A stretch of DNA of 64,000 bases from a candidate division WOR-3 bacterium (GTDB lineage Bacteria; Hydrothermota; 32-111): NCBI GenBank assembly GCA_039804105.1, contig JBDRZU010000002.1:160001-224000 (forward strand). Reading direction: 5' to 3'. The notes under the pieces were generated by a model. It was not told the origin of the DNA. It saw nothing but the letters and a program-made list of their open reading frames with translations, and did no database searches. This document shows, one piece after another, positions 1 through 9,709 of this stretch (its first letter is position 1; each line of letters starts with the position of its first letter). A program made the translations under genes and the position numbers.

Positions 1-594
1 CAAATAGTGGTTAATGTTTAGATTCTTTAACATAAAATTTCCATTTTTATATTCAAAAATCGTTGTTGACGCTGGATCGAAATGTATTTTCCAGAAATAG
101 GGTTTTGGTATTCCTAAAATACCAGCAACAAGAGGTTTTAAAACTGCTCTATGTGTAACTATCAAAATATTACCTTTTGAGTTTTCAACAATTTCTTTTG
201 TCCTTTTCAAACTTCTTTCCATAACATCATCAAGTTTCTCCATCCCATCAACATCAAGATATTCTGGAGTTTTTTTCCATATTTCCCATTCTTTTGGGAA
301 ATTCTTTTCAACATACTCTTTTGTCAAACCCTCCCACGGACCTAAGTTTATATTGTTGAAACTTTCATCCTTTTCAATTTGAATCTTTTTAAAATCAGCG
401 ATCGGCTGTGCTGTTTGAAGTGATCTTTTGAGTGGACTTGAAATTATTCTTTCAAACTCAAAATCTTTTAAAAATTCTCTAAGTTCTGTTGCCTGTCTTT
501 CACCTATTTCAGTTAAAGGGAAATCTACTCTTCCTCTGAATTTGTTATCCCTATTACCTTCGCTTTCACCATGTCTCACAAGATAGATAAACAT
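1..594 (-). CDS. Histidine phosphatase family protein (phosphoglycerate mutase-like), 3' end runs off the window
   Basis: Not in the ORF track. Manual translation from ATG at 594 gives MFIYLVRHGESEGNRDNKFRGRVDFPLTEIGERQA, with the RHG catalytic motif. The same frame reads NLNINHYL at the window edge. Confidence 0.9.
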   Translation of the reverse strand, partial: MFIYLVRHGESEGNRDNKFRGRVDFPLTEIGERQATELREFLKDFEFERIISSPLKRSLQTAQPIADFKKIQIEKDESFNNINLGPWEGLTKEYVEKNFPKEWEIWKKTPEYLDVDGMEKLDDVMERSLKRTKEIVENSKGNILIVTHRAVLKPLVAGILGIPKPYFWKIHFDPASTTIFEYKNGNFMLKNLNINHYL

Positions 595-595
595 G

Positions 596-2779
596 TCAAA
601 CTCCCATAAATTCGTTAAAATCTAAAATTTTGGGTTGAACAAAAAATTCAGAAACAACCCTTTTACCATATCTTTTTGTTAAAATTCTTTCATCTAAAAT
701 GTAAATTTCTCCACTATCTTCCTTACTTCTTATCAACCTACCCATTCCCTGTTTCAACTTCAAAATAGCGTAAGGCAAAGAATAATCAAAAAACGGATCA
801 AGACCTCTATTTTTCAAATTTTCACTTTTTTTTATAAAAACAGGATCATCCGGAACAAGAAATGGAAGTTTTACTATAACAAGTATTTCAAGAAGATCAC
901 CTGGAAGATCAACTCCTTCCCAGAAGGTATTCGTTCCAACAAGTATTGAGTTCTTCTTACTTTTGTATTCAAGAAGTACCTTTTCATTGTTTCCTTCTTT
1001 AATCTGAAAGATAAATTTCGGGTCTTTTAAATTTTCTTTCAAATAATCGATCTGTTGATAAGATGTTGTCAGAACAAGTGTCCTTTTTCTTTTCTCTTCC
1101 AGTTTTTTTATAACAGTTACAACATTCTCCATAAACTGTTCAGAATTTGGATCTCCAATGTTTTTAAAGCAAAAAATTTCCATCTGTTTTTCATAATCAA
1201 AAGATGAGACAAAAACTTCCTCTTTATACTTTCTTTTGGATAGTCCAACACCCACTCTCTCTTTAAAAAATTCAAAATCGTTGGATGTTTTAAGTGTTGC
1301 TGATGTAAAAACTATCGAAGTTTTATCTTTTTTTCTTAAAAAGTTCGAAAACTGTTCTCCAGTATTGACAAGCATCGCATAAAGCACAAGATTTTTTGTA
1401 TTTGTGTTCAGTTCATAAAAAAATGCATAATCTGAGTTGTTCGCTTCAGTTATAACTATAAAAGATTCATAGATTTTTTTAGATTCTTCAACTAAATATT
1501 TTATATTCTGTTTGATTTCAAGATTTTTGAATTTAGAGTCTTTTAAAATCTTTGTTGTTCTTTCTCCATTTTCCTTAATCGAATAAAGTAACTGTTTAGT
1601 TTTAAGAACATACATTTTAATATTCTCAAAAATTTTTGAATCGTATATATCTTTTTCTTTTTCTTTTTCTTCCATAAGAACTTTTTCTAAAATATTTTCA
1701 TACATTATCTCAAAATTTTCATAGAGTGTGTTCAAATAGGAAAGTATCTCCGTAAAAAAATTGTAGCAGTCAAAAGATAAAGATGACTCCTCTATCGTTT
1801 TTAAATGGTCTTTTATTTTTTTCATAAAATACTTCAGAATTTTGAAAATTTCAAAGAAATCTAAAGAATAAGAATAAACATCGGAAATAACATTTTCAAG
1901 ATTGTGTGCTTCATCAAAAATTATCATATCAAAATCCCCAAGAATGCTCTTAGGCAAAGTTTCATCTATTAAGCATAGATAATGGTTCGTTATAACTATT
2001 TGACTTGATAAAACTTTTTCCTTTAATTTAAGATAGAAACAAATATTTGAAAATGGACATTCAAGATCCTGACAGTATCCACTATCACATGTTATATCTT
2101 CATATGTTATACCTTTTATGAATTTTAATGTACTCACATCCCCTGTGTTAGATATCTGAATGAATCCTTCAGTTGCCAATTTCATCAAAGGATGAAAGTT
2201 TTCCATATTTTCATAATATTTTGAAAAGCAGAAATAATTAGATATACCTTTAATGTTTATTGTTGAAAAACTCTTTTTAGCATTATAGGATGCAAGTTTA
2301 ATATCCTTTACAAAAATCTGTTCCTGTAAACTTTTTGTGTTCGTTGATATCAGAAACCTTTTTTGATCAAGATTTTCCATCATTGGTAAAAGGTAAGCCA
2401 GAGTTTTTCCGATTCCAGGTGGAGCTTCAGCTACGAGTATTGTTTTTTCTTTTAAAACATTTTCAACATTCTCTCTGAAAAGTTTTTGTCCATCCCGTTC
2501 TTCAAGTTCTGGTTTTTTCTTTGAAGGATGAACAACCTTAAATGATTCCTCTTTTAATCTGAATTTTTTTTCTTCAACATTCTCTTCTTTTAAAAGTAAA
2601 AGTAACTCTAAAAACGGCCCTGAATTGTAAGAAAGTATGAATGAGTTTATCAAAGAATTACTGTATGAAAAAACTCTCTCTCTAAATTCTTTGAAACTAA
2701 AATTCCCTACTTTATCAAAAAGTATAGAATTTTTTTCCTCATCGGAAATCAGTGAAAAAAGTTTTTCTATTCTATCCAA
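596..2779 (-). CDS. dinG: ATP-dependent DNA helicase, DinG/YoaA family with Fe-S cluster cysteines
   Basis: Walker A APPGIGKT, DEAH box (IFDEAHN), Cys cluster (YFC...TCDSGYCQDLECPFSNICFY), FWEGVDLPG, KLKQGMGRLIRS. Confidence 0.92.
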   Translation of the reverse strand: MDRIEKLFSLISDEEKNSILFDKVGNFSFKEFRERVFSYSNSLINSFILSYNSGPFLELLLLLKEENVEEKKFRLKEESFKVVHPSKKKPELEERDGQKLFRENVENVLKEKTILVAEAPPGIGKTLAYLLPMMENLDQKRFLISTNTKSLQEQIFVKDIKLASYNAKKSFSTINIKGISNYFCFSKYYENMENFHPLMKLATEGFIQISNTGDVSTLKFIKGITYEDITCDSGYCQDLECPFSNICFYLKLKEKVLSSQIVITNHYLCLIDETLPKSILGDFDMIIFDEAHNLENVISDVYSYSLDFFEIFKILKYFMKKIKDHLKTIEESSLSFDCYNFFTEILSYLNTLYENFEIMYENILEKVLMEEKEKEKDIYDSKIFENIKMYVLKTKQLLYSIKENGERTTKILKDSKFKNLEIKQNIKYLVEESKKIYESFIVITEANNSDYAFFYELNTNTKNLVLYAMLVNTGEQFSNFLRKKDKTSIVFTSATLKTSNDFEFFKERVGVGLSKRKYKEEVFVSSFDYEKQMEIFCFKNIGDPNSEQFMENVVTVIKKLEEKRKRTLVLTTSYQQIDYLKENLKDPKFIFQIKEGNNEKVLLEYKSKKNSILVGTNTFWEGVDLPGDLLEILVIVKLPFLVPDDPVFIKKSENLKNRGLDPFFDYSLPYAILKLKQGMGRLIRSKEDSGEIYILDERILTKRYGKRVVSEFFVQPKILDFNEFMGV

Positions 2780-4457
2780 CTGTTGCTTGTATCACCTCTT
2801 CAAGAGTGGTTATTCCGGCTTTCACTTTTATCAAACCATCCTCTCTTAACATTATAACACCCTCTTTTCTTGCCTGCATCCTGATCTGATCAACAGGAGC
2901 CTCTTTTACTATCATTTCTGAAATCGTTGGAGTGATTGGAAGAACTTCAAAAATTCCAACTCTTCCTTTATATCCCGTAAATCCACAGATCGGGCATCCC
3001 TTGCCCATCATAAACTTTCCACCTCTCATATACTCGGGATTTATACCATATCTAATAAACTCTTCATCAGGTATATCTATCTGAACAGCACAATTCTTAC
3101 ATACTCTTCTGATCAACCTTTGTGCCTCTATAAGAACTACAGCAGAAGCAACTTTATAAGGTTCTATTCCCATATCCTCCATTCTTGCGATAGTTGCAAC
3201 AGTATCGTTTGTATGTAATGTTGAAAGAACAAGATGTCCTGTTAAAGCTGCCTTTATTGCAATATCTCCAGTCTCAAGATCTCTTATCTCTCCAACCATT
3301 ATTATATCTGGATCCTGTCTTAAAAATGCTTTTAGTGCCGTTGCAAAAGTGTATCCAATATTTTCTCTTACATTAACCTGATTTATTCCCACAAAATCAT
3401 ACTCTATGGGATCCTCAGCTGTTGTTATATTCACATTTGGAGTATTCAACCTTGCAAGGATCGAATAAAGTGTTACAGTTTTTCCTGAACCTGTTGGTCC
3501 TGTTACAAGTATTATTCCGTTTGGTCTTGATATTGCCTCAATAAAATCGTTATACGCTTTTTTAGAAAGTCCAATATCTTCAAGTTTCATCAAAGATGAT
3601 TTTTCAGCAATTCTCATACAAATCTTTTCTCCATGTGCAGTTGGAAGTGTTGATACTCTTAGATCTATCGATTTATCTCCAACCTTCATTCCAATTCTTC
3701 CATCCTGAGGAATCCTTCTTTCGGAAATGTTAAGCCCAGCCATTATTTTTAACCTTGAAACAATTGCAGGTCCAAGGGTATATTGAGGACTCATAACCTC
3801 TTTCAATTCACCATCAACTCTGTAACGAACCCTTAATATCTTATCAAAAGGTTCAATATGTATATCTGAAGCACCCTGTTTCACAGCTTCAATAATGATT
3901 CCATTAACAAGTTTTACAACTGGAGCAGCATCAACATCAATCAAAAGTTGTTGCGCATCAGGTTGTTTTTCCTCTTCAAGAATCTCTATCTCCTCTTCCA
4001 TTCCGATTTCCGAAAGAACTTCAGCCATCGAGCCTGCAACTCCATAATATTTTTCAATCGCTTTTGATATCATATTTTCACTTGCTACAAGTGGGATAAC
4101 ATTGTATCCAGTTGCAAATTTTATATCCTCTATAGTATAAACATCAACAGGATTAGCCATCGCAAGAAAAAGATTTTTACCTTCCCTTTTTACTGGAATC
4201 ACTTGAAACTTTTGTGCTATCTGCGGAGAAACTATTTTTAAAACTATAGGATCTATCTCCTCTTTGAACTCAAACACACCAACATTGTATTGTTTCCCCA
4301 ATGCTTTTGAAATCTGTTCATCTGTAACAAAACCCATCTGGACAAGAATACTCCCCAATCTTCCGCCATTCTCTTTCTGTTGGGAAAGCGCTTGATTCAA
4401 CTGTTCTTTTGTAATCAGCCCTTCATCTATAAGAAGATCTCCTAACCTTTTCCACAT
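2772..4457 (-). CDS. pilB: Type IV pilus assembly ATPase PilB (GspE family)
   Basis: N-terminal MshEN-like RLGDLL..GLIT..QL..AL..Q...GGRLGSILV, ASDIHIEP, GPTGSGKT, LRQDPDIIMVGEIRD, two CxxC motifs, GYKGRVG. Confidence 0.95.
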   Translation of the reverse strand: MWKRLGDLLIDEGLITKEQLNQALSQQKENGGRLGSILVQMGFVTDEQISKALGKQYNVGVFEFKEEIDPIVLKIVSPQIAQKFQVIPVKREGKNLFLAMANPVDVYTIEDIKFATGYNVIPLVASENMISKAIEKYYGVAGSMAEVLSEIGMEEEIEILEEEKQPDAQQLLIDVDAAPVVKLVNGIIIEAVKQGASDIHIEPFDKILRVRYRVDGELKEVMSPQYTLGPAIVSRLKIMAGLNISERRIPQDGRIGMKVGDKSIDLRVSTLPTAHGEKICMRIAEKSSLMKLEDIGLSKKAYNDFIEAISRPNGIILVTGPTGSGKTVTLYSILARLNTPNVNITTAEDPIEYDFVGINQVNVRENIGYTFATALKAFLRQDPDIIMVGEIRDLETGDIAIKAALTGHLVLSTLHTNDTVATIARMEDMGIEPYKVASAVVLIEAQRLIRRVCKNCAVQIDIPDEEFIRYGINPEYMRGGKFMMGKGCPICGFTGYKGRVGIFEVLPITPTISEMIVKEAPVDQIRMQARKEGVIMLREDGLIKVKAGITTLEEVIQATVG

Positions 4458-4481
4458 AGAATTTCCCCCTTTAAAAGATAT

Positions 4482-4509
4482 ATTTTACAAAAAAAAATAA
4501 GAAGGTCAA
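4482..4509 (-). promoter_or_regulatory. Putative sigma70-type promoter of pilB
   Basis: TTGACC-16 bp-TAAAAT, followed by an AGGGGG SD-like sequence before the ATG. Confidence 0.6.
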
Positions 4510-4518
4510 CAAAAAGTT

Positions 4519-5079
4519 TCAATCTTTTGAAAATTTACCAACAAGTTCACCATAAGAAATGATGTGATTTGTAACAATTTTTAGTATTTTTGTCTCCGTT
4601 AAAGTCGAATCCTGTGGAAGGAATGTATCAAGTGCAAAAACTTTAAAAAAATATCTGTGAGTTCCAAAAGGAGGATGGGGGCCAAAGTATGAATATTGGT
4701 TCAAAGAGTTTAACCCCTGTAAAATACCGTTTCCAAGTCGGAACGAATTTTTCGAAAATCCTTCAGGAATAAAAGAATCGGATGGTAAAATATTAAAAAC
4801 TATCCAGTGTATAAATTTCCCTGCTGGTGCATCGGGATCTTCCATAATTAAAAGTAAAGATTTCGTTTTTTCAGGAATATTTCTGATTTCTATCTTTGGA
4901 GAAATGTTTTCTCCTTTATATGAAAACTTTTTGGGTATAAAAGAATAGTTTTCAAAACTTGAAATGATCTTTAAACTATCTGCTCCACTTTCTTTTACCT
5001 TGAGTTCAGTTTTCGATTCACAACTGATTATTGATAGAAAAAATATAAATAAAAAAGAAAAAAAGAATTTTTTATACAT
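4519..5079 (-). CDS. YbhB/YbcL family (PEBP, Raf kinase inhibitor-like) lipoprotein
   Basis: GENISP, MEDPDAP..KFIHWIVFNI, YFGPHPPFGTHRYFF motifs; signal peptide ending IISC. Confidence 0.9.
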   Translation of the reverse strand: MYKKFFFSFLFIFFLSIISCESKTELKVKESGADSLKIISSFENYSFIPKKFSYKGENISPKIEIRNIPEKTKSLLLIMEDPDAPAGKFIHWIVFNILPSDSFIPEGFSKNSFRLGNGILQGLNSLNQYSYFGPHPPFGTHRYFFKVFALDTFLPQDSTLTETKILKIVTNHIISYGELVGKFSKD

Positions 5080-5086
5080 ATTTTAG

Positions 5087-5114
5087 ATTTTAGAACTTTT
5101 TAAAAATTTTTCAA
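5087..5114 (-). promoter_or_regulatory. Putative promoter, probably leaderless, for the YbhB gene
   Basis: TTGAAA-16 bp-TAAAAT-7 nt-ATG, with no SD. Confidence 0.5.
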
Positions 5115-5124
5115 CTCTTATTTA

Positions 5125-5152
5125 TTGACTGTAAATATTTTGACTATATAAT
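5125..5152 (+). promoter_or_regulatory. Putative promoter of the polysaccharide operon
   Basis: TTGACT-16 bp-TATAAT; AAGGAG SD before ATG 5177. Confidence 0.65.
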
Positions 5153-5176
5153 AATTTTTTTATATAAGGAGAATCT

Positions 5177-6061
5177 ATGAGGAGAATGGTGTTGCTTTCT
5201 TTTATATTTATCTCAACGATTATGCTCTTTCCTTCTGTACCTTCGACAGAAAATTATCTTTTTGGTATCGGTGATTCTGTTGAAGTTTATGTTGTTGACA
5301 AAAAAGGAGTAAACTCTTTTACATTTACATCGACAACACTTGACGATGGATCTTTCATTCTTATGGTTCCATCAACGACAAAAAGCGGACTTTTCGATTT
5401 AAAAACACAAACTTATTTTACAAACTGGAAAGTGGTAAGTTATAAAAATTTAACAAGAAGAGAGTTTGAGGACTCAATATTTAGAACCTACAAAAGAGAA
5501 TTCCTTGTTGATACAGTTATATTGAATGTTAAATATTATGGTTCCCATACTTATATCAACATATCGACAACACTTGACTCCACAAGATTTGTCAATTTTG
5601 AATGGGGCAAAAATTTTCTATATTATATTTCTCATGTTCAAACACATTTTTTAACAACTCTCGATTCAAATTTAACGATCTATACTATAAGAAAAGGTAA
5701 AAATAATCTTGAAAAGGTTTCCCCATTTGATACCGTATATCCAGGTGATAGGATCTATTTAAAACCACAAACAGTGTCTGTTGTTGGGCAGGTTGTAAAG
5801 GGTGGTTTATATCAATACTCTCCTGACTTTTCAATTAATGACTATATATCACTTGCAGGAGGACCATCTATAGAGGGTGATCTAAAAAATGTCAAACATT
5901 TTGATAAAAATGGAAAAAAGAAAAATGGGAAAGTTGAACCTGAGGATATGATTGTAGTTGGTAAATCTTTGGCGACAAAGATAAAAGATATGACATATTT
6001 TGTTTCTGTCATAATGAATTCAATAATGATCTATGTTTATATCTCGAACATTCTTAAGTGA
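5177..6061 (+). CDS. Polysaccharide export protein, SLBB domain (Wza-like)
   Basis: Signal peptide; YLFGIGDSVEV; VSVVGQVVKGGLY...DYISLAGG SLBB motif; first gene of a Wzx/Wzy locus. Confidence 0.75.
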   Translation: MRRMVLLSFIFISTIMLFPSVPSTENYLFGIGDSVEVYVVDKKGVNSFTFTSTTLDDGSFILMVPSTTKSGLFDLKTQTYFTNWKVVSYKNLTRREFEDSIFRTYKREFLVDTVILNVKYYGSHTYINISTTLDSTRFVNFEWGKNFLYYISHVQTHFLTTLDSNLTIYTIRKGKNNLEKVSPFDTVYPGDRIYLKPQTVSVVGQVVKGGLYQYSPDFSINDYISLAGGPSIEGDLKNVKHFDKNGKKKNGKVEPEDMIVVGKSLATKIKDMTYFVSVIMNSIMIYVYISNILK

Positions 6062-6071
6062 TGGAGGAGTA

Positions 6072-7220
6072 ATGAAGGATACGATCAAATTCATTATATA
6101 TATCATTAACCACAGAAAATTTATACTTATTTCTCTTTCTATAACGATCATTCTTTCTTCTATAATAGCATTTCTTATTCCACAACAGTTCACATCATCA
6201 GTTTCTTTAACACCACCAACTGGTAGTAGTCAATCGTTACTTTCTTCCTTAACATCAATATCTAAGATGGCTGGAAGTTTTTTTGATATCGGAGGATTCT
6301 CAGCGCAAACTGTTGACCTTTACATAGATATATTAAGAAGTAATTCGGTTGTTGACTCTCTTATTTTAAAATATGATCTCCAAAAAAGATATCATTTAAA
6401 AACTATTGAACATACAAGATTAAAAATAAAAAGGATCACAAAATTTGATATCGGTGCTTCGGAGATGCTTACTATCTCTTTCACAGACAGAGATCCCCAA
6501 TTTGCTAAAGATATATGTAACGATTATATATACTACTTAAAAAAACAGATCAATTTAATTAACATTCAAAAACAGCAGGAAAATTTAAAACTTTATGAGG
6601 ATCTTTATAAAAAACAGATTCTAATTGTAGAAGAACTTTCGGATAGATTGAATGAATGGCTTAAAAGGAACAGATCTCTTGGAGTCGAATTTTCAGTCCA
6701 ACAGAAAACCCCATCTATGGTTTCCCTATACGATGAACTGATAAAAGAAAAATCTGAATTTTACAAGATGAAATATTCTCTACCAGATACATCTATGGCA
6801 TTAAAAAACAAGATGTTAAAAATCAAAGAACTTGAAAAATCTGTTGATTCGATATCATATTCCCTATACGAAAAACCGGAAGAGGTTGTAAAATATACTG
6901 AGTTGAAGATAGATATGGAAGTCGCATTGAGAATAAAAAATGAACTTTTAGGACAACTAAATCTTATAAAAAGCAATCTTGAAAAACCAACAGACAATGT
7001 TTTTTTTGTGGATACGGCAACCGTTCCAACGTTGAAAAGTTTCCCTCCAAGAAAGGAGATAGTTATTATATCTTTTCTTCTTATTTTTGTGCTCGAAATA
7101 TTAGTTTTGGGAATAAAATATTATCTTGAGAACAATCTCGAAGATAACGAAAGAAAAGAGTTTTATAAATACTTAAAACTGGTTTTTTATGATCCATTCC
7201 AGAAAAGAAAAGATATTTGA
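6072..7220 (+). CDS. wzz: Polysaccharide chain-length determinant (Wzz/PCP family)
   Basis: Two TM helices flanking a coiled coil; VDTATVPTLKSFPPRK proline motif before the C-terminal TM. Start moved from 6033 to the ATG after GGAGGAG. Confidence 0.85.
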   Translation: MKDTIKFIIYIINHRKFILISLSITIILSSIIAFLIPQQFTSSVSLTPPTGSSQSLLSSLTSISKMAGSFFDIGGFSAQTVDLYIDILRSNSVVDSLILKYDLQKRYHLKTIEHTRLKIKRITKFDIGASEMLTISFTDRDPQFAKDICNDYIYYLKKQINLINIQKQQENLKLYEDLYKKQILIVEELSDRLNEWLKRNRSLGVEFSVQQKTPSMVSLYDELIKEKSEFYKMKYSLPDTSMALKNKMLKIKELEKSVDSISYSLYEKPEEVVKYTELKIDMEVALRIKNELLGQLNLIKSNLEKPTDNVFFVDTATVPTLKSFPPRKEIVIISFLLIFVLEILVLGIKYYLENNLEDNERKEFYKYLKLVFYDPFQKRKDI

Positions 7221-8667
7221 AAATCTCTTTTTGCTTTTACTTATCTCATTTTTTATTATATGTATAATCCTTTTTCTCATTTTTGGTTATAATATATTTG
7301 GAAGTAAAAGAGGATTACTCTTTTCAGCATCTTTTATAGTAATTCTGCTTGCAACCATGTTATCTTTACTTTTATCGTTAAAAGATTTTTCAATACTCTA
7401 CATATTAACTTTACCATTCTTTTTGAGGTTAAATGTAACAAGATTTTATTTTGAACTTTTTCAATTAAAATTCCATTTGATAACAGTATCCATAATCTTT
7501 TTTATAACCGTCGGAACACTTAAAATTTTTATCGAAGGAAAATTTCCGAAAACAAGTGATATCAAGGATTTTTTATTGAACTATTCTTTTGTTCTTATGA
7601 TCACAAGTGGTATAGTGTCTTCTTTAATAACTGAGACAGCTGTTGGAGGAGATAAATTTGTTTCATTTTTTTCTACGATCTTCGCATTTTTAATTCCATT
7701 TTTTATCTTTTTTATCTTTTCAAACGCATTCAACACTATTAACGATATAAAAACTGTTCTTCTATTTTTCATATTCTCATTCTTTCTTAACACTATTTCC
7801 GGTTTTTTAAACATCGTAACAAAATTTGATTTAGTGGAACTATTCCTTAACAGAGCATCATTCAATTTTATAGGTCCAAATGTTTATGCAGCCACCGCCT
7901 TAATTTTTGTTCCAGTAACCTTTTATTTTCTTAGTGAAGGAAAAGGAATCAAAAAATTTTTATTTTTCATATTCTTCATATTCATTAATCTCTCAATACT
8001 GATGACTATCAGCAGAGGTGGTCTTCTATCTTTAGTTTTAATTTATTTTTTATTCTTTTTCATGGTAAAAGATTTCAGAAAAAACGTTGCAATACTTTTT
8101 TATATATCTTCTGGGATTGGTGCCTTGACTTTTGGACTTCTATTCAATGTGATTTCAAGGTTTTTCAATATCTTTACAAGAGCAAAAGTCACTGAATTCA
8201 GTACCCTCATAAGAGTCAACGCATGGCAACTCTCTTTACATCAGATACCCCATCATCCTTTTGGTATAGGTGGCAACCAGTTTCCAAAACTCTGGAGAAA
8301 CCTGGGGGCTTTTCCTGAACAGTTGGTTTTGCATTCCCATAACCTGATTTTGGGTTTAACTCTCGAGTATGGAATAATAGCAACAGTTGGATTCGTGTTT
8401 TTAAACGGTTATCTGTTATACAATCTTTATAAAATCTCAAAAAAGTTTTCTGGAACAATAAAAAATATCTCGATCTCATTTTTTATATCAATCCTTTCCT
8501 TCTTTTTTATGGGAACAATTTCTGAAGGACCAAGAGCACATTTGAACAATGAAAGATTTTTGACAAACGATCCTTTGATAATCTACTATATGTTTCTTGG
8601 AATAGTTTATTCTTTTTTAAAAGTGGTTTCAAATGAAAAAAAAGATACTATTGATAGCACCTCCTGA
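7189..8667 (+). CDS. O-antigen ligase/polymerase family membrane protein (Wzy_C)
   Basis: Polytopic membrane protein; TISRGG, R..AW, HSHNLILGLTLEYGI motifs. Confidence 0.85.
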   Translation: MIHSRKEKIFENLFLLLLISFFIICIILFLIFGYNIFGSKRGLLFSASFIVILLATMLSLLLSLKDFSILYILTLPFFLRLNVTRFYFELFQLKFHLITVSIIFFITVGTLKIFIEGKFPKTSDIKDFLLNYSFVLMITSGIVSSLITETAVGGDKFVSFFSTIFAFLIPFFIFFIFSNAFNTINDIKTVLLFFIFSFFLNTISGFLNIVTKFDLVELFLNRASFNFIGPNVYAATALIFVPVTFYFLSEGKGIKKFLFFIFFIFINLSILMTISRGGLLSLVLIYFLFFFMVKDFRKNVAILFYISSGIGALTFGLLFNVISRFFNIFTRAKVTEFSTLIRVNAWQLSLHQIPHHPFGIGGNQFPKLWRNLGAFPEQLVLHSHNLILGLTLEYGIIATVGFVFLNGYLLYNLYKISKKFSGTIKNISISFFISILSFFFMGTISEGPRAHLNNERFLTNDPLIIYYMFLGIVYSFLKVVSNEKKDTIDSTS

Positions 8668-9709
8668 ATCTGCACATACTTTGGAATGGATAAATTTTTT
8701 AAAAAAACAAGATATATTTAAAATATTCTATATTTCACTCAAAAAAGATTTTAAACCAATAGAGAACAGTTTTGTTATAAATTTTAATTTTCCTTTCTAT
8801 AAACTCAATCTTTTGAAAAGTTATATTAAAGTTCAAAAAATTATAAGAACAGTAAAACCGGATCTTGTTCATGCTCACTATCTTTTTCCCTATGGAATAC
8901 TAACACTCAACGATCAAAAAAAAACTATAATCTCCTTCTGGGGAAGTGATATAACAAACGACTACAAAAATGCTAATTTCTTTTTCAAATATCTTGCTGA
9001 TCTATCCATAAAACAGGCAGATTACATTACCTTTGCCGGAAATCATTTAAAAAAATTTTTTAATTATCAAATCAATGAATCAGACCAATTGATCTGGGGT
9101 GTTGATAAAAATTTTATTGACAGTATAACCCCTTTTGAAAGAGAAAAAATAGGTTTTTCGAAAGATGATTTTATCATCTTAAACTTGCGCTTTATAAGGG
9201 AAATCTTTCAAATTGAGAGAGTTATAAAAACCTTAGAAGAACTGAACAAAAATTATGATAACATTAAACTTATTCTGATAAAAGGAGATGATTCTTCTTA
9301 CTATAGAATGATAAAGGAAAAATGTAAGAACTTAACTTTTATAAAAATCTTAGAAAATCTTTCAAAAGAAAATTTCATATCTCTGATCAAGGGTTGTGAT
9401 TTAACACTTTCACTCTCTTTAAGAGACGGTAGTCCAGTATCTGTTAAAGAAGCGATGATGTGCGAAAAGATCGTTTTATATCAGGATATAGAACCAATGA
9501 AGGAATTCTTTGGACAAAAAGATTTTTTTACTTCTCTGAAAACATTGGACATAAAAGAATTGTACGAAAAGATTTTGTTTTATTATAAAAATAAAGATAT
9601 TTTAAATGAAACAGGGAAAAATATGAAAAAGTTTGCAGAAGAAAACTTTGAAAGTGAAAAATGCTTTAAAAATGGTTTAGAAATTTACAACAAACTTCTT
9701 GGAGAGTGA
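8633..9709 (+). CDS. Glycosyltransferase family 4
   Basis: KPDLVHAHY, FWGSDI, DGSPVSVKEAMMC (EX7E-like region). Confidence 0.85.
   Translation: MKKKILLIAPPESAHTLEWINFLKKQDIFKIFYISLKKDFKPIENSFVINFNFPFYKLNLLKSYIKVQKIIRTVKPDLVHAHYLFPYGILTLNDQKKTIISFWGSDITNDYKNANFFFKYLADLSIKQADYITFAGNHLKKFFNYQINESDQLIWGVDKNFIDSITPFEREKIGFSKDDFIILNLRFIREIFQIERVIKTLEELNKNYDNIKLILIKGDDSSYYRMIKEKCKNLTFIKILENLSKENFISLIKGCDLTLSLSLRDGSPVSVKEAMMCEKIVLYQDIEPMKEFFGQKDFFTSLKTLDIKELYEKILFYYKNKDILNETGKNMKKFAEENFESEKCFKNGLEIYNKLLGE

Noticed and set aside
4488..4497. A10 homopolymer in the pilB promoter spacer as a phase-variation switch
   Set aside because: A/T runs of 8-10 nt are frequent throughout this AT-rich window; read-level length variation would be needed to support it.
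5329..5578. 16-bp direct repeat ATCGACAACACTTGAC at 5329 and 5563
   Set aside because: Only two in-frame copies encoding STTLD inside a CDS; no array or att-site context.
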